NCBI GenBank assembly: GCA_963787755.1
Contig: CAWBEG010000001.1
Span: forward strand, 132,075-196,074
Source of the DNA: Vicinamibacterales bacterium
GTDB taxonomy: Bacteria > Acidobacteriota > Vicinamibacteria > Vicinamibacterales > JAMQPK01
Direction: 5' to 3'
Length of the DNA stretch: 64,000 bases
Made by a program: the position numbers and the translations under genes. A model generated the notes under the pieces. That model did no database searches. It was not told where the DNA came from and worked only from the letters and a program-made list of their open reading frames with translations. Below, one piece after another: positions 50,190 through 60,902 of this stretch (its first letter is position 1; each line of letters starts with the position of its first letter).

Positions 50190-50912
50190 TCAGTTCGCGT
50201 TCAGCTTCCCTGACGCGCTTTCCGGCAACAACCGTTCGTAGTTTGCTTTCACCACCGCGTAGCATTCGCACGACGCGCCCATGAGTTTCTCCCGGTTTGT
50301 AATGGTTATGACACCGGGTTGGCCAGCCGCGACCAGTCCAGCCTTCTCCAACGTTCCGAGGATGACCGTTACAGTCGCCCTACGCACGCCAAGCATCACT
50401 GCGAGAAACTCATGCGTGAGTTTGAACTGGTCAATGCCGACCCGGTCACCCGTGGTAAGGAGCCATCGGCAGCACCGATGCTCGACGTGATGCAACGCGT
50501 TACACACGGTGTTCTGTTGAATTTGGAGGTTTAGTGCGTGGTGGTACCGCATGACGCGCTGATAAAACGCGCCGTGCCGCTCCATCTCTCGCAGAAACAC
50601 AGATACCGGCATTTTGTACGCGAGGTCGCCGGCAACCTGGACGAGAGCTTCGGTATGAGAGAGCGGGTCGCCAAAAAACACGGATACGCCGATCATTCCT
50701 TCATTGCCGATGGCGTACACTTCAGCGGTCCCACCATCTTCCATCGTCCTCGTCAGAGACAGCACGCCGCTGCACGGAAAGTACACGTCGTCAATCGCCG
50801 CGTTCTGCTTGTACAGCACCAGCCTTAAACGCATGGGAATCGTCGTGAGAAACGGCGACAGGCGGTCTCGATCCTCGGCAGCCAACGCCGTCAGCAGCTG
50901 GTTAGTAGGCAT
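50190..50912 (-). CDS. Crp/Fnr-family transcriptional regulator
   Basis: cNMP-binding fold (VYFPCSGVLSL...GNEGMIG) and C-terminal HTH LTHEFLAVMLGVRRATVTVILGTLEKAGLV. Intact. Confidence 0.85.
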   Translation of the reverse strand: MPTNQLLTALAAEDRDRLSPFLTTIPMRLRLVLYKQNAAIDDVYFPCSGVLSLTRTMEDGGTAEVYAIGNEGMIGVSVFFGDPLSHTEALVQVAGDLAYKMPVSVFLREMERHGAFYQRVMRYHHALNLQIQQNTVCNALHHVEHRCCRWLLTTGDRVGIDQFKLTHEFLAVMLGVRRATVTVILGTLEKAGLVAAGQPGVITITNREKLMGASCECYAVVKANYERLLPESASGKLNAN

Positions 50913-51931
50913 CAGAACAATCTACTCCCAAAGCAGCAAGGCAGCACGGGGATCGTGGCGCCGTCCGTGAGGCGTCACCACCTCATGACGAGTTTCGAGA
51001 CACTGGAGGTATCCGGTGTTTCCCCGCGATGTACGGACACGTACTCGGTGTAACGAAGCGCGAGAAGAATCCAATAGGTTTGGTGCGCGGGGAGTGACCA
51101 CCCGAGCTCACCCTTCTGAAGCCCATTACCGTTGCCCGGGGCATATTGGAGCGGCATCCGTATTGAAGGGCGTTCGTTCCGTACTTTGAATGCAATTCCT
51201 CATTCATCCAGTATCAGTTGCGGCTCTCATCCTGTTCGTCGCCGTTATCGCGCGGGCCTCGAGGTTGTACCGCTCTTAGCGGTACCGTTACAAAGCTGTT
51301 CCGATGCGCGCTAGTACACGGCGCTAAGGCGCGCCGTGGCTCGTACGCCTCTAGCGCCCGGTCGGTATAGGTATCCCATCGATTTCTTCATTCCGAACGT
51401 CGGGACTGGACGGGATGCCATGTCTCCGTTGTCGGTGCCCCTCCGGCACTGGCTTAGTATTCGAAACAATGCGGCGATGGCGTCCAGGGTCGGGCGCGCG
51501 GCCCTGGGTTACCGATGACGTGATCGCGTCGCTGGCGCGTTTCGCGCTGCAGGAGATGGCGTCAGCGAGCCAAAGGTTAGCCTACGAATGTTAGGAAGGG
51601 TACGGGATGATTGCCGGAACACGCGGTAACCGCAAGACAATGCTCCTGGTGATGTTAGCGATACTATTGGTAGTCGTGTTGGTGATCGACTGGTCACTCG
51701 CTCTCACGGGCGTGACGGCCGCGGTGATCGGTGGAGTATTTCAGGTCGTGCTTCAGGTGGTCGGACCGTAGCCCCTCATTGATCTCTAATTTCGATATCG
51801 GAATCAGATAGCGAGAATTTGGGCGCGCGGATTTCCACCGAACACAGCGGGTGCGGGACGCGAGGTCACAGCACGGCCGTCTCGAGGGCCGGAAACAGAA
51901 TTAGAAGAGCACGACTGGAGACTGGTCGGAG

Positions 51932-52048
51932 ATGACTGAACCCGCCGCCGTCGGTGGTGTCACCATCACGCATCCCGACCGCGTGGTGTATCCCATCGAG
52001 CGCATCACCAAGTTCGACACCGCCTTCTTGCAGCGAACACTAAACTAA
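51932..52048 (+). pseudogene. LigD polymerase-domain N-terminal remnant (38 aa)
   Basis: MTEPAAVGGVTITHPDRVVYPIERITKFDTAFLQRTLN then a stop. The ITxPD+V.YP..(I)TK motif is typical of LigD-Pol starts. Confidence 0.45.
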
Positions 52049-52782
52049 CGTGACGTAATCGTTCCAACGTTCTAAACCGATTCCGAAAAGAGATGACCCG
52101 TATCACGCGCACCCCGCTAATGTTCGTGAATGCCGAGAAAGACCCCCGGAAACATAAAAACAACTCACTTCGAGCAAATTTCCATCGAGGTAGTGAAGAA
52201 GATTGCCACACTTCACACGCGGAAAGAAGGAAAGACCTCCAAGAGGTTGCCGCGTGTAGTGCGACGGTATCGACGCGCTGTCCCGAGTGAACAGGAGTGA
52301 AATGGGCAGACAGAAGAAGTGTGCGGTCAGTGATTGTGTCGTAGTGAAACAGCGAGCACGCCGTGATCCATGGCGCGACGACTGGAGCAGCCGACAGCGC
52401 CTGACCAACGAGGCGTTAGAGGCGGTCGGAGTTCGGTGAGCGATGAATCGCGCTCACTCGCCGATGTCACGTCCATGTGTTCTAGGAGCAGGCGGGATCC
52501 CATGCAGGGGGACGCAGATGAACCGCCCGTTCTAAACCGATCAGCCCCATCACGGTCTGTCCTTCTCGCAACCCCTCAAAGGACTTCTCCGCACAGTTTG
52601 AGAAAGGACAGGGGCCAAAGGACCGCGCGGTGAGAACGTGCGGCCTGCTTCGATCTGCTCTGATTGAGCACACTGAGTTCCGAGCTCGCGTTGCAAGCCG
52701 ACCAATTCATGCGAGCGATTCCGATGGCGGCCCCCGCCCCATCGCCACGCGTAGTCGGTAAGCGGGGCGTCTCCGGCACGCA

Positions 52783-53687
52783 GTGCCGGATGCATGTGAT
52801 GCTGGCAGCCCGGGTGAATTCGAACGTATTAACATTCCATGGCACAACGTCTTGCTGAGGGATAGATTGCTCGCTCGCCTCGCGCCCGGCCAGGCGCCGG
52901 ATTACCAACGGCTTGCCTGCGAAGTACTCGGCATTCGCGGAGCGGCACCCGCTCTCGCACGGACGCTCGTCGAACAGGCCCTCGTTTTCGAAGATCGGCG
53001 CGAACATTGGCGCCGCGTGGGCGAACGCGCACGACGCGAGGCACCGGCCGCGCCCGGAGTGTACGTATTCCGCGACTGGTCGGGGACCGTGCTCTACGTC
53101 GGCAAGGCAGCCAATCTTCGTCGCCGCTTGAGCGCGCATTTCGCGACTCGACGATGGCGCGTGCTGCCGCCAGCGTTGGCGGGCGTCGCGGCGATCGAGT
53201 GGCAACAAGTCGGATCAGAGATCGAAGCGCTTCTACGCGAGGCACGGCTTATCCGCGATCTGCAACCAGTCGTGAACGTCCAGACGGCCGCGCCGAGGCT
53301 GGCCACGAGGGCCATTCCACCTGCGCTTGTCCAAGATGTCGTGCTGCTCGTGCCGTCGATCGATCCCGACGCAGTCGAACGGTGGCCGCGCGAAACGACG
53401 GCGCAACGATGTTGCACCGAACGAGGCGGAGCGGCGCCGAACTCGCTCGGCACTCCCGGGACCTGTGGACGTTCTTTACTCAGCGCTCAGGCGCCGCCGG
53501 AGACGGGTCGGCACCTCTGGTGTTTTCGTGGCTTGCGGGGCGAGGTCTGCACACGACCCGGCTGAACCCGCGCGACTCCGCATCGGCCAGGCACCTGCGC
53601 GTTCAGTTGGGTCACCTGCTCGCAGACGAGGGCCTGTTTTCTGAGCGACTTATCGCGATCCCGTCGGCCGCCAACGCACACTGGTAA
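52783..53687 (+). CDS. GIY-YIG nuclease-domain protein (UvrC/Cho N-terminal-like); one frame break near 53390, start uncertain
   Basis: PGVYVFRDWSGTVLYVGKAANLRRRLSAHF...EIEALLREARLIRDLQPVVNVQ. The C-terminal part is in ORF 53007..53687. Confidence 0.65.
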
Positions 53688-53862
53688 GGTTGGATGGACT
53701 CTGCGGCCATTCGACTGCTCGTGAACTGAACTGCTACCGACTCCCTAACCTGTTATATAAATAAGTGCACAAAGATCGTTTGCAATACCGGCGAAGCTGA
53801 TTTTCGTACGCGGTCAACTTTCGGATAAGCCGGCTATTTCCGAATACGGTCGCGAACTGGCG

Positions 53863-54190
53863 TCAGCGTATGGGACGGGCACGGCCGGCTTCTTTCACAG
53901 CCCGCACGATCTGGTCAAGGTCGGCAGGTTTCCCGATGACTTCATAGACGCGGTAATCTCGACCAACGAGTTTCTCCACGTGTGTTTTATTGGTCGTCGT
54001 AACTACGAACTGCCGTCCCGCTGAGACTCGGTATCTCACTGAGATGCTGAAACAACTTCCAGTTCGCGTCATACGGAGGCGCGATGTCATAGACGATGAC
54101 ATTGGGATCGTGTTGTCGGATGAATGAACTTAAAGTGCCTGGCGCGTAAGAGGCGCGAACTGGGTCACAGGTGGAGTGGTAGCGCACCAA
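53863..54190 (-). CDS. Hypothetical protein; one frame break near 54010
   Basis: ORF 53987..54190 (DPNVIVYDIAPPYDANWKLFQHL) joins ORF 53863..54102 (RQFVVTTTNKTHVEKLVGRDYRVYEVIGKPADLDQIVRAVKEA). Confidence 0.4.
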
Positions 54191-54194
54191 AATT

Positions 54195-54224
54195 GACCGG
54201 GCAAGGCTCGAACCCTGCCCGGTC
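54195..54224 (-). terminator. Rho-independent terminator of the 54239..54874 gene
   Basis: 12-bp stem GACCGGGCAAGG/CCCTGCCCGGTC (one mismatch) with a 6-nt loop, followed on the minus strand by AATTTTGG. Confidence 0.6.
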
Positions 54225-54238
54225 GTTGCGATTCGCCC

Positions 54239-54874
54239 TTACGGGCAGGTAGCAGAAACCATCTTCAACGATTCCACACTGAAGTGATGCCCAGAAGCTC
54301 GCGCACCTGCGGCTCCGGTTCCTCCTGTGGCTCCCGTCCCACCCGCGGCTCCGGGCGTGCCCGATTCACCTTTTGCATCCGTCGCACCCGTCACTCCGGC
54401 TGCTGCTTCGCCTCCCTTTGCTCCTGCGGCTGCGGTGGCACCCGAGTCGGTCGACATCATTCCGACGATCTCAACCTTGTGATTCGCATGCGGCTTCAAG
54501 TTCACGGTCGCGGCAGGGTCGAGATTCAATGTCATCATGGATCCGCCAGACGTTCCGACCGCACCGGAGCCGGTTGCCCCAGCCTTCTGGGCTTCAGCAT
54601 TCTCGAGAACCCACGTTCCGGTTGAAGTACCCGGCTTGACGCAGCCAACGTACGTGATCTTGTTCCCAGCCATCGTCGACGATGGTTGCTGCGACGACGG
54701 TGAGGGGGTCGTGGGCCTGCCCGTGGAGGGCTGTTGCCCAGCGGGCGGCTGCCCCGCGGGTTGCTGAGTTGCCGGTGGATTGCTCGCAGGTTTATCCCCG
54801 GCAGGTGCTTGCGCCGTGACGACCGCGGCGACAAGGCATAGTGTCGCTGGTATCGCGTATAACGAACGAGTCAT
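54239..54874 (-). CDS. Secreted low-complexity (Pro/Gln then Gly/Ala/Thr-rich) protein, paralog-like of 34837..35301
   Basis: Signal peptide MTRSLYAIPATLCLVAAVVTAQA. YVGCVKPG...HKVEIVGMM...FSVESLKMVSATCP. Confidence 0.6.
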   Translation of the reverse strand: MTRSLYAIPATLCLVAAVVTAQAPAGDKPASNPPATQQPAGQPPAGQQPSTGRPTTPSPSSQQPSSTMAGNKITYVGCVKPGTSTGTWVLENAEAQKAGATGSGAVGTSGGSMMTLNLDPAATVNLKPHANHKVEIVGMMSTDSGATAAAGAKGGEAAAGVTGATDAKGESGTPGAAGGTGATGGTGAAGARASGHHFSVESLKMVSATCP

Positions 54875-55305
54875 CTGAGGCCTCCTTCTAGATAGTTTTG
54901 TCTCTTATCGAGACGATGCAGAAAAGGGGCCACCATCGCAGAGCCTCAGCAGAATCTCCCGAGCTTCGCGAGAATGTCAGGAACCTTGCGGAACATCTCC
55001 GCGCGCAGGGGCAGAACAACTGAAAAACGATCAACTCAGCTAGTATCGACGATGTAACCATGCTTGGACTTCCGCCACCGATCCCAATAACTGTGCTGCT
55101 TGGGATTTTTTTGGTCATCATCGCGGCCATCGTTCTGTATCGTTCACGCTACGGAAAATAGAGTCACCCTAGGGACCGCCAGGCCGCTCGGCGGAGCCAT
55201 CCACCGAGGGCACCCGGCTTGGCGGAACCCGCCCGTGGCCAGAAAAGTCTCCAGCTCAGGAATTGGGCGTGCGGCGAGTAGACCCAACGGCGGCATTCTT
55301 GTGAC

Positions 55306-55357
55306 GAGCACCAGCCTTCTAAGCCGGGGGTCGCAGGTTCGAAGACCTGCCGGTGCA
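55306..55357 (+). pseudogene. tRNA-Arg(TCT)-like 3' fragment
   Basis: GAGCACCAGCCTTCTAAGCCGGGGGTCGCAGGTTCGAAGACCTGCCGGTGCA parallels the anticodon arm, variable loop and T-arm of bacterial tRNA-Arg(UCU). No D-arm or 5' acceptor lies upstream, and the T-loop is 1 nt too long. Confidence 0.4.
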
Positions 55358-55498
55358 ATCGTAATAGGTCGTAACTCATTGAAAAATATGGCGCGCCCCA
55401 CATCGTCGTTGGGTGTAGATGATTTTGTAGATGGAATCTCCACGTCATTCAATTTCATCAACACGGCTTCGAATCCCCAACGGCTCCAGGTACAAGAA

Positions 55499-55523
55499 AA
55501 TGGCCGGCATCCGGCCGGCCATT
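55499..55523 (-). terminator. Hairpin AATGGCCGG-catccgg-CCGGCCATT with a U-tract on the minus strand
   Basis: 9-bp perfect stem. The minus-strand continuation is TTTTCTTG. Confidence 0.45.
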
Positions 55524-55733
55524 GGAGTTGTCACACCGCCGTCCTCATCGGGCGGCCGCGATTCAGTTCAGGGTAACCAGAGGGTAACTATTTACTCTCG
55601 TACACGGTGGCGACGAACGCGAACCCGAATATTTCTGCCACTCTAAACTGCGGGAAGCTGGATTTGATACGCTGACCACTGGGAGGAACCGAGTGGTCAA
55701 GCAGACTTAATCATGAAGGTTTTCTTAGGAAAA

Positions 55734-55790
<57 letters not shown>

Positions 55791-56019
55791 GTCGACTTTC
55801 TGGAACAAAAGTAGCAGATTTCAACGGCGGGTAACCACCGCGTAACCATTTTACCGCGCGTTCTGTGCTCGACGGGTACCTCTCCTGTTGGTCCACACCC
55901 GGTCTCCTTCCGGGCGCGCAGACGTTATCCGAAGGTCGTGACTGTGCCACGCTTGCGCAGCAGGCGCGGGCCATCCGGGCCTGAAATCCGTTCCTGATTT
56001 ATGACGGTTTTCGACTGAA

Positions 56020-57308
56020 ATGAGTTCTGTGCGTCCGCCCATTCCCGCCCAACACCACGCTGGCAAGCGGCTACACTACGAGAGACGGGCTCTGCCGTGC
56101 CAGCCGACGACCGCTCAATCTTCTGCTTCAGATATTGGCTCACGTCGCCATCTCGGTAGAGCTCCAGCCGACCCTGACGATTCTCCTCGAAAGCCTGCAG
56201 CAACTGGTTCCGTTCGACGCGGGCGGTATCTTCGTTCGAGAGACACGGCGAGAAGTGGTCCGCGCGCGAGCGACGCACAAATATCCGCCGGATTCGAAAT
56301 GCCGACGGCAGCGGGTCTCGTTGGCGATGTCATGCGTACCGGACAATCACGACTCGTCCGCGACGTCCGGGGTGAACCTGCTTACGTTGCGATTCGGCCG
56401 TCGACCTGCGTGAGCTGACGGTCCCGCTGTCGTCACCGCGTGGCATCCTCGGTGCGATTGTGCTCGAGTCCGATCGTCCCACGGCGTTTGACGATCAGGA
56501 CCTCGCGTTGGTCACGCTGTTCGGGCAGCAGGCGACGATTGTCCTCGAACGCGCGGTGCTGCACGAGCAGTTGATGCGCCAGTCGCGCTTAGACCGCGAC
56601 ATGGACATCGCCCGTGATATTTTGAAAAGCCTCAACCCCGAGTCCGCGCCGATGTTCACAGGGATGGACGTGTTCGGTCGATGGTGACCGCCGAGACCGT
56701 CGGCGGGGATGCCTTCGATTTCATCCCGTACCCGGAGTCTCAGCTCGGGGTCTCATTTCCGACGCCAAGGGCAAGGGTCTGCCGGGAGCACTGCTGGCCG
56801 TCGCGCATCACGCCATGGTCCACGCGCTGGTGAGCGTGGAACTGCGTCTGAGAGGTACGTTTAGCGGGGTCAGCGATCTCCTGGCGCGCTCGCTGCCGCC
56901 CGGAAACTTCATCACCACGTTTTACGGGATCATCGACATCACGGAGCGGCGCATCATCTACGTCAATGCAGGACATCCGCCTCCGCTCCTCGTTCGAGCG
57001 AATGGGCACACCGAAGTCCTTCCCTCTACAGGGCCACCGCTTGGATTTCCACGGTTCACTCCCATCCGGGAGGCCTACGCGACGTTCGGTGCTGGAGACG
57101 GACTTGTCCTGTACACAGACGGGATTACAGAGGCAGGACCTTCAACCGACGAAATCTTTGAGGTCGCCGGTGTACGAGCCTATGTCGGGTCAACTCTGGT
57201 CCGGGCGAAGCCCCAGACGTCTGCCAAGGGTTATTCGACGAGGCGGCGCGTCGATCGGGCGGCGTGTTTGTTGACGATGCAACGGTCGTCGTGGTGAAGT
57301 TCGACTGA
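56020..57308 (+). CDS. GAF-domain PP2C/SpoIIE-family protein phosphatase (RsbU/RsbP-like); about 5 frame breaks, start uncertain
   Basis: GAF part LLESLQQLVPFDAGGIFV...GLVGDVMRTGQSRLVRDV...ELTVPL...GAIVLESDRPTAFDDQDLALVTLFGQQATIVLERA. PP2C part VGGDAFDF, GKGLPGALLAV, NFITTFYGIID, YVNAGHPPP and LVLYTDGITEA. Ends VVVVKFD. Confidence 0.75.
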
Positions 57309-58570
57309 CATAGGTCCGCGACTGCGGACATCGCCGCGTGGGGACATTTCTTCAATGAAATCATCCTTCGATATTCTTTGAGCGCGCCCGGGCGGTGCGC
57401 GCACGCTCTTTTTTATGCGGACTTGGGGAATCGCGAGGCGCAGGTTGAACCAGAAACGCGAACCCTGCCCCGGCACGCTCGCCACGTGGACGCCGCCACC
57501 ATACAGCGCAAGCAGCTTCTGGGTAATCGCCAGTCCAAGTCCGCTGCCGCCGAACTTCGCCGCCGTGTCGTAGCTCGCCTGCGTGTACGCGTTGAAGATG
57601 CGGTCGACGACGTCCGGCGCGATGCCGATGCCGGTGTCCGAGACTTCCACGTGCAGCGTAATTGCGTCGACGCTGCGTTCGCTCGTCGTGACCGTCAGGG
57701 CCACGCTGCCACATTCGGTAAACTTCACCGCGTTGCCAACCAGGTTGGTCAGCACCTGCCGCATGGCTACCGGATCGCCTAGCAGCTGACTGGGGACGGA
57801 CGCATCCACCGACGTTCGGAGCTCGATCGATTTTTCGCGCGCGGCGGTTTCGTACGTGGCGAGCACCTCGTCGACAATCTGGTGCAGGGAAAACGGCGTT
57901 TCGGCAAGCGCGAAGCGACTCAGCCTTGCTCAACTGCAGCACATGGTTGAGCAGCTTCAGCATGTTCTCGGACGAAGACTTCAAGAGCCGGACGAATCGG
58001 TGCTGTGCGTCGGTGAGATCGCTGCCATCGAGAAGCTGCACGACCCCCATCACTGCGTTCAGCGGGTTGCGGATATCGTGGCTCAACATCGCGAGCAGGT
58101 CCGCTTTGTCTTTGGCGACCTGCTCCGCTTTCCTCCGCGCGAGCAGCAATTCCCGTTCATACCGGCGGCGATCGGTGGCGTCGAACAACGTGATGCGGTT
58201 GAACAGCGGCGTGCCGTCGTCGCTTCGCCTGAGCCGCGAGTTCGACCAGAACGGGGAGCTGCCGCCCGTCGGCGCACACGATGTCGAAGGCGATTTCGTT
58301 CGCGAAGCCCTGCATCTGCAGCAGCGGCGCGTAGTGCGTTTCGTAGTAGATCCTCGATCCGACCGCGAGCAGGGACTGGAACTTCGTGCCCGACAGAAGC
58401 GCGTCTCGCGAGTGCCGCGTCCACTCGATCAGCGTCTGGTTGATTCTGACGATCGTGCCGTCGGGCAGCGTGGACACGTATCCGCACGGCGCATGCTCGT
58501 ATAGGTCCTCGGCGGTCTCCTCCAGGAGCGCCTGAGCGGCGCGGTCACCGGAAGGCTCGGACGGCATCAC
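57231..58570 (-). CDS. PAS-domain sensor histidine kinase; frame breaks, 3' end uncertain
   Basis: PAS DLYEHAPCGYVSTLPDGTIVRINQTLIEWTRH (ORF 58157..58570). H-box LLAMLSHDIRNPLN (ORF 57361..58188). LTNLVGNAVKFT, DTGIGI and GGSGLGLAI (ORF 57231..57866). Confidence 0.8.
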
Positions 58571-59370
58571 GGCAACGACTGCAGGAATGTCTTGATCGCC
58601 GCGATCGTTTCCTCGGGCGCGCTCAGGTTCGGGCAGTGCCCGGTCGCGCGCATCGTCACGAGCTGGCTCGCCGGCATCTGGCGATGCACGTAGTCCCCCA
58701 CCGCCGCGGAGCGATCACATCATCGGAGCATTGAAGGATCAAGCGTCGGCGTGGTGACGGCTGACAGATCCTGCCGGTTATCCGAGAGAAACGTGACGCG
58801 GGCGAAGTCAGCGGCGATGTCCGGATCGGTGCGGCAGAAGCTGTTCGTCAGCTCCGACGCCAAGCTCCGGGCGGTCGGCGTTGCCCATGATGACCGGCGC
58901 CATCGCGCTCGACCAGCCGAGATAGTTGCTGTCGAGCGAGTCCAGCAGCCCTTCGATGTCCGCGCGGGAAAACCCGCCGACGTAGTCGCCGTCGTTGATG
59001 TAGCGCGGCGAGGGCCCAACGAGGACGAGCGCCTTGAAACGGCTCGGCTCGTCGTTCGGCGGCGAGCACGCCGATCATCGCGCTCACCGAATGCCCGACG
59101 AAGACGACATCCGACAGTCGCAGCTCGCGCGCAGATCTCGAGCACGTCGCAGCGTAGCCATCGAGCGCTCGCGTATTTCCGCTGGTCGTACGCCGAGAGG
59201 TCGGACCCGCCCGCCCCGACATGATCGAACAGGACGATGCGGTAGTCGCCGCGAACGCGGGCGCGACGAACCGCCACATGTTCTGGTCGCAGCCGAAACC
59301 GTGGCTGAACAGCATCGGTGGTCCCGTCGCCCCGCTCGTAGTGGACGTTATTTCTCCGGATGACGTTCAT
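58567..59370 (-). CDS. RsbQ/D14-like alpha/beta hydrolase; several frame breaks
   Basis: MNVIRRNNVHY, MLFSHGFGCDQNMWRFVAPAF, IVLFDHVGAGGSD, VFVGHSVSAM (nucleophile elbow), SFCRTDPDIAADFARVTFLSDNRQDL, and C-terminus ...HCPNLSAPEETIAAIKTFLQSLP. Its stop TGA overlaps the kinase ATG (GTGATG). Confidence 0.7.
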
Positions 59371-59588
59371 TGCAGTCGAACTGCCCTTGATCATTACCCG
59401 ACTTCCTGGCGTCCACAAAGTGCGAAGTCAATGTATCCATAGAGGTACTTACACCGTGTGGCGTCGCAATGCTCGAACACATTTACGGCGACGACGTGAC
59501 GTGCGCGCATTTGTCGAGACTTAAAGAAACCAAGCGCAGGTCCTGAAGGACATCCACGGAACGAGTTGTCCTGATGGGATAAAATCTT

Positions 59589-59786
59589 GTGATGGACCAC
59601 AAAACGGCGGTAGCGGTGATCGTCAACGCAATGCAGAGCGACAAAACTCCTGAGGATCTCCAGAAAGAGGTGAATGAGTTGCTGGGGACCGTGAATCCAG
59701 AGGAGCGAGACGCCGTTTTGAAGGAAGCGACAGAAACGTATAAAAAGGCGGCCTTAGGACTACCGATTGATCCCCTAATTCCCTGA
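59589..59786 (+). CDS. Small hypothetical helical protein
   Basis: MMDHKTAVAVIVNAMQSDKTPEDLQKEVNELLGTVNPEERDAVLKEATETYKKAALG; AT-richer ORF. Confidence 0.45.
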   Translation: MMDHKTAVAVIVNAMQSDKTPEDLQKEVNELLGTVNPEERDAVLKEATETYKKAALGLPIDPLIP

Positions 59787-59830
59787 GACAGGCTCATCCA
59801 CAATTACCACCTCTCCTTCAGGCGCTCGAG

Positions 59831-60019
59831 ATGTTCGACGCATTGGTCTTCGCGTACGGCGAGGACAATTACCTGATGTACGCTGGCCGAATGCGAAGGT
59901 TATGCCGATCGTGCACCAGCAATTATTCAAAAAGTGGACCGCGGACAACTCACCTCCGGCACACGAAGTTCGTCGCTCTTCGTGAGGACAAGCCTGCCCA
60001 GCAGATAAAGCGCGAGTAG
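59831..60019 (+). pseudogene. LigD ligase-domain C-terminal (OB-fold) remnant with internal deletion
   Basis: FDALVFAYGEDNYLMYAG ... HLRHTKFVALREDKPAQQIKRE then a stop. Compare EWTDDGLLRHPIYLGMRDD in the intact ligD at 6.05 kb. Confidence 0.5.
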
Positions 60020-60039
60020 ATCTGGTCGTGCGCCACATG

Positions 60040-60785
60040 CTAGGTAGCCGGATCAACCATCAAGCGTTCACGCAGTTCCCAGGCGTTCTCGATGGCGGCG
60101 CCGCTTGCGGTGTTGTCGAACACACACCACACCTCCTCCGCGGTCGTAATATCGCGCACGGTCTTCGCAAGCGTCGCGATAGCGTCCTCGCCATATCGTG
60201 ACCAGTACTTCCGCGGCGATCCGTGCAGCCGAAAATATGCCACGCGTGTCCCACCCGCGGGATTACCTGCTTCGGGCACCGGCGGCGGATCGGCTGCTAC
60301 TCGTGAGATTCCGTACCGCTCAACAGCGATGCCACAACCGGCGAGAACCATGTCGCGTGCCTCGGCTCGCAGACCATGGGTCCGTCGTAAACGCTTCGCA
60401 CCAGGTCCAGAAATTGAGTCACGACCGAGGCATCAAACGACAGCGACGGCGGCAACTGCACGAGTATCGGCCCTCGTTTCTCGCCCAGGCCGTCGGTCTG
60501 GGCCAGAAACGTGACAAATGGGTCTCGCGCGTCCTGCAGCTTCAGTTCGTGCGTAATCGCCCGGGGCATCTTGACGGCGAACCGAAAATCCGGAGGGGTG
60601 CTGTCGCGCCATTTCGCGTAGGTGGCTGCGGCGTGCGGCCGGTGAAACGATGAGTTGATCTCAGCGCAACGGAGTAGGCGCGAGTAGCGCTCGAGATGCG
60701 TTCCAGCCGAATCAAATCGAAATGCCGCCGCGCGCGGAATCGACCAACCCGCCGTTCCGATTCGAATGTCCGCAGTCCTACTCAT
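60040..60785 (-). CDS. DUF72-family protein (YecE-like); one frame break near 60330
   Basis: IRIGTAGWSIP...YSRLLRCAEINSSFHR...FRFAVKMPRAITH...GPILVQLPPS (ORF 60297..60857), then AYFRLHGSPRKYWSRY...VWCVFDNTASGAAIENA (ORF 60040..60351). Confidence 0.7.
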
Positions 60786-60902
60786 CGGGTTCAGCGTCCC
60801 TTCGCGGCACGCTGTCTCTGCCGACCGCTGAATCCGGCGGCTTCGGGGCCACACCATGGGACACTGGGATCATGGTAGCGTCGCGAAGTCTCTTCGAACG
60901 CG

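Noticed and set aside
50975-51771. Small ORFs upstream of crp (50975..51157, 50983..51207) and a 54-aa hydrophobic ORF at 51607-51771.
   Set aside because: They have no motifs, compete in overlapping frames and have weak or absent RBSs, so the evidence is insufficient to list them as features.
52064-52545. 14-nt direct repeat CGTTCTAAACCGAT at about 52068 and about 52529 as possible target-site duplication or MITE ends.
   Set aside because: By my arithmetic, about 2e9 position pairs in 64 kb against 4^14 (about 2.7e8) predicts several chance 14-mer repeats. There are no inverted termini or transposase between the copies, and no further context supports it.
57231-57308. True 75-nt convergent overlap of the kinase and phosphatase coding regions.
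   Set aside because: Given the indel density, the kinase ORF may run on artificially past its real stop, so the overlap cannot be trusted without corrected sequence.
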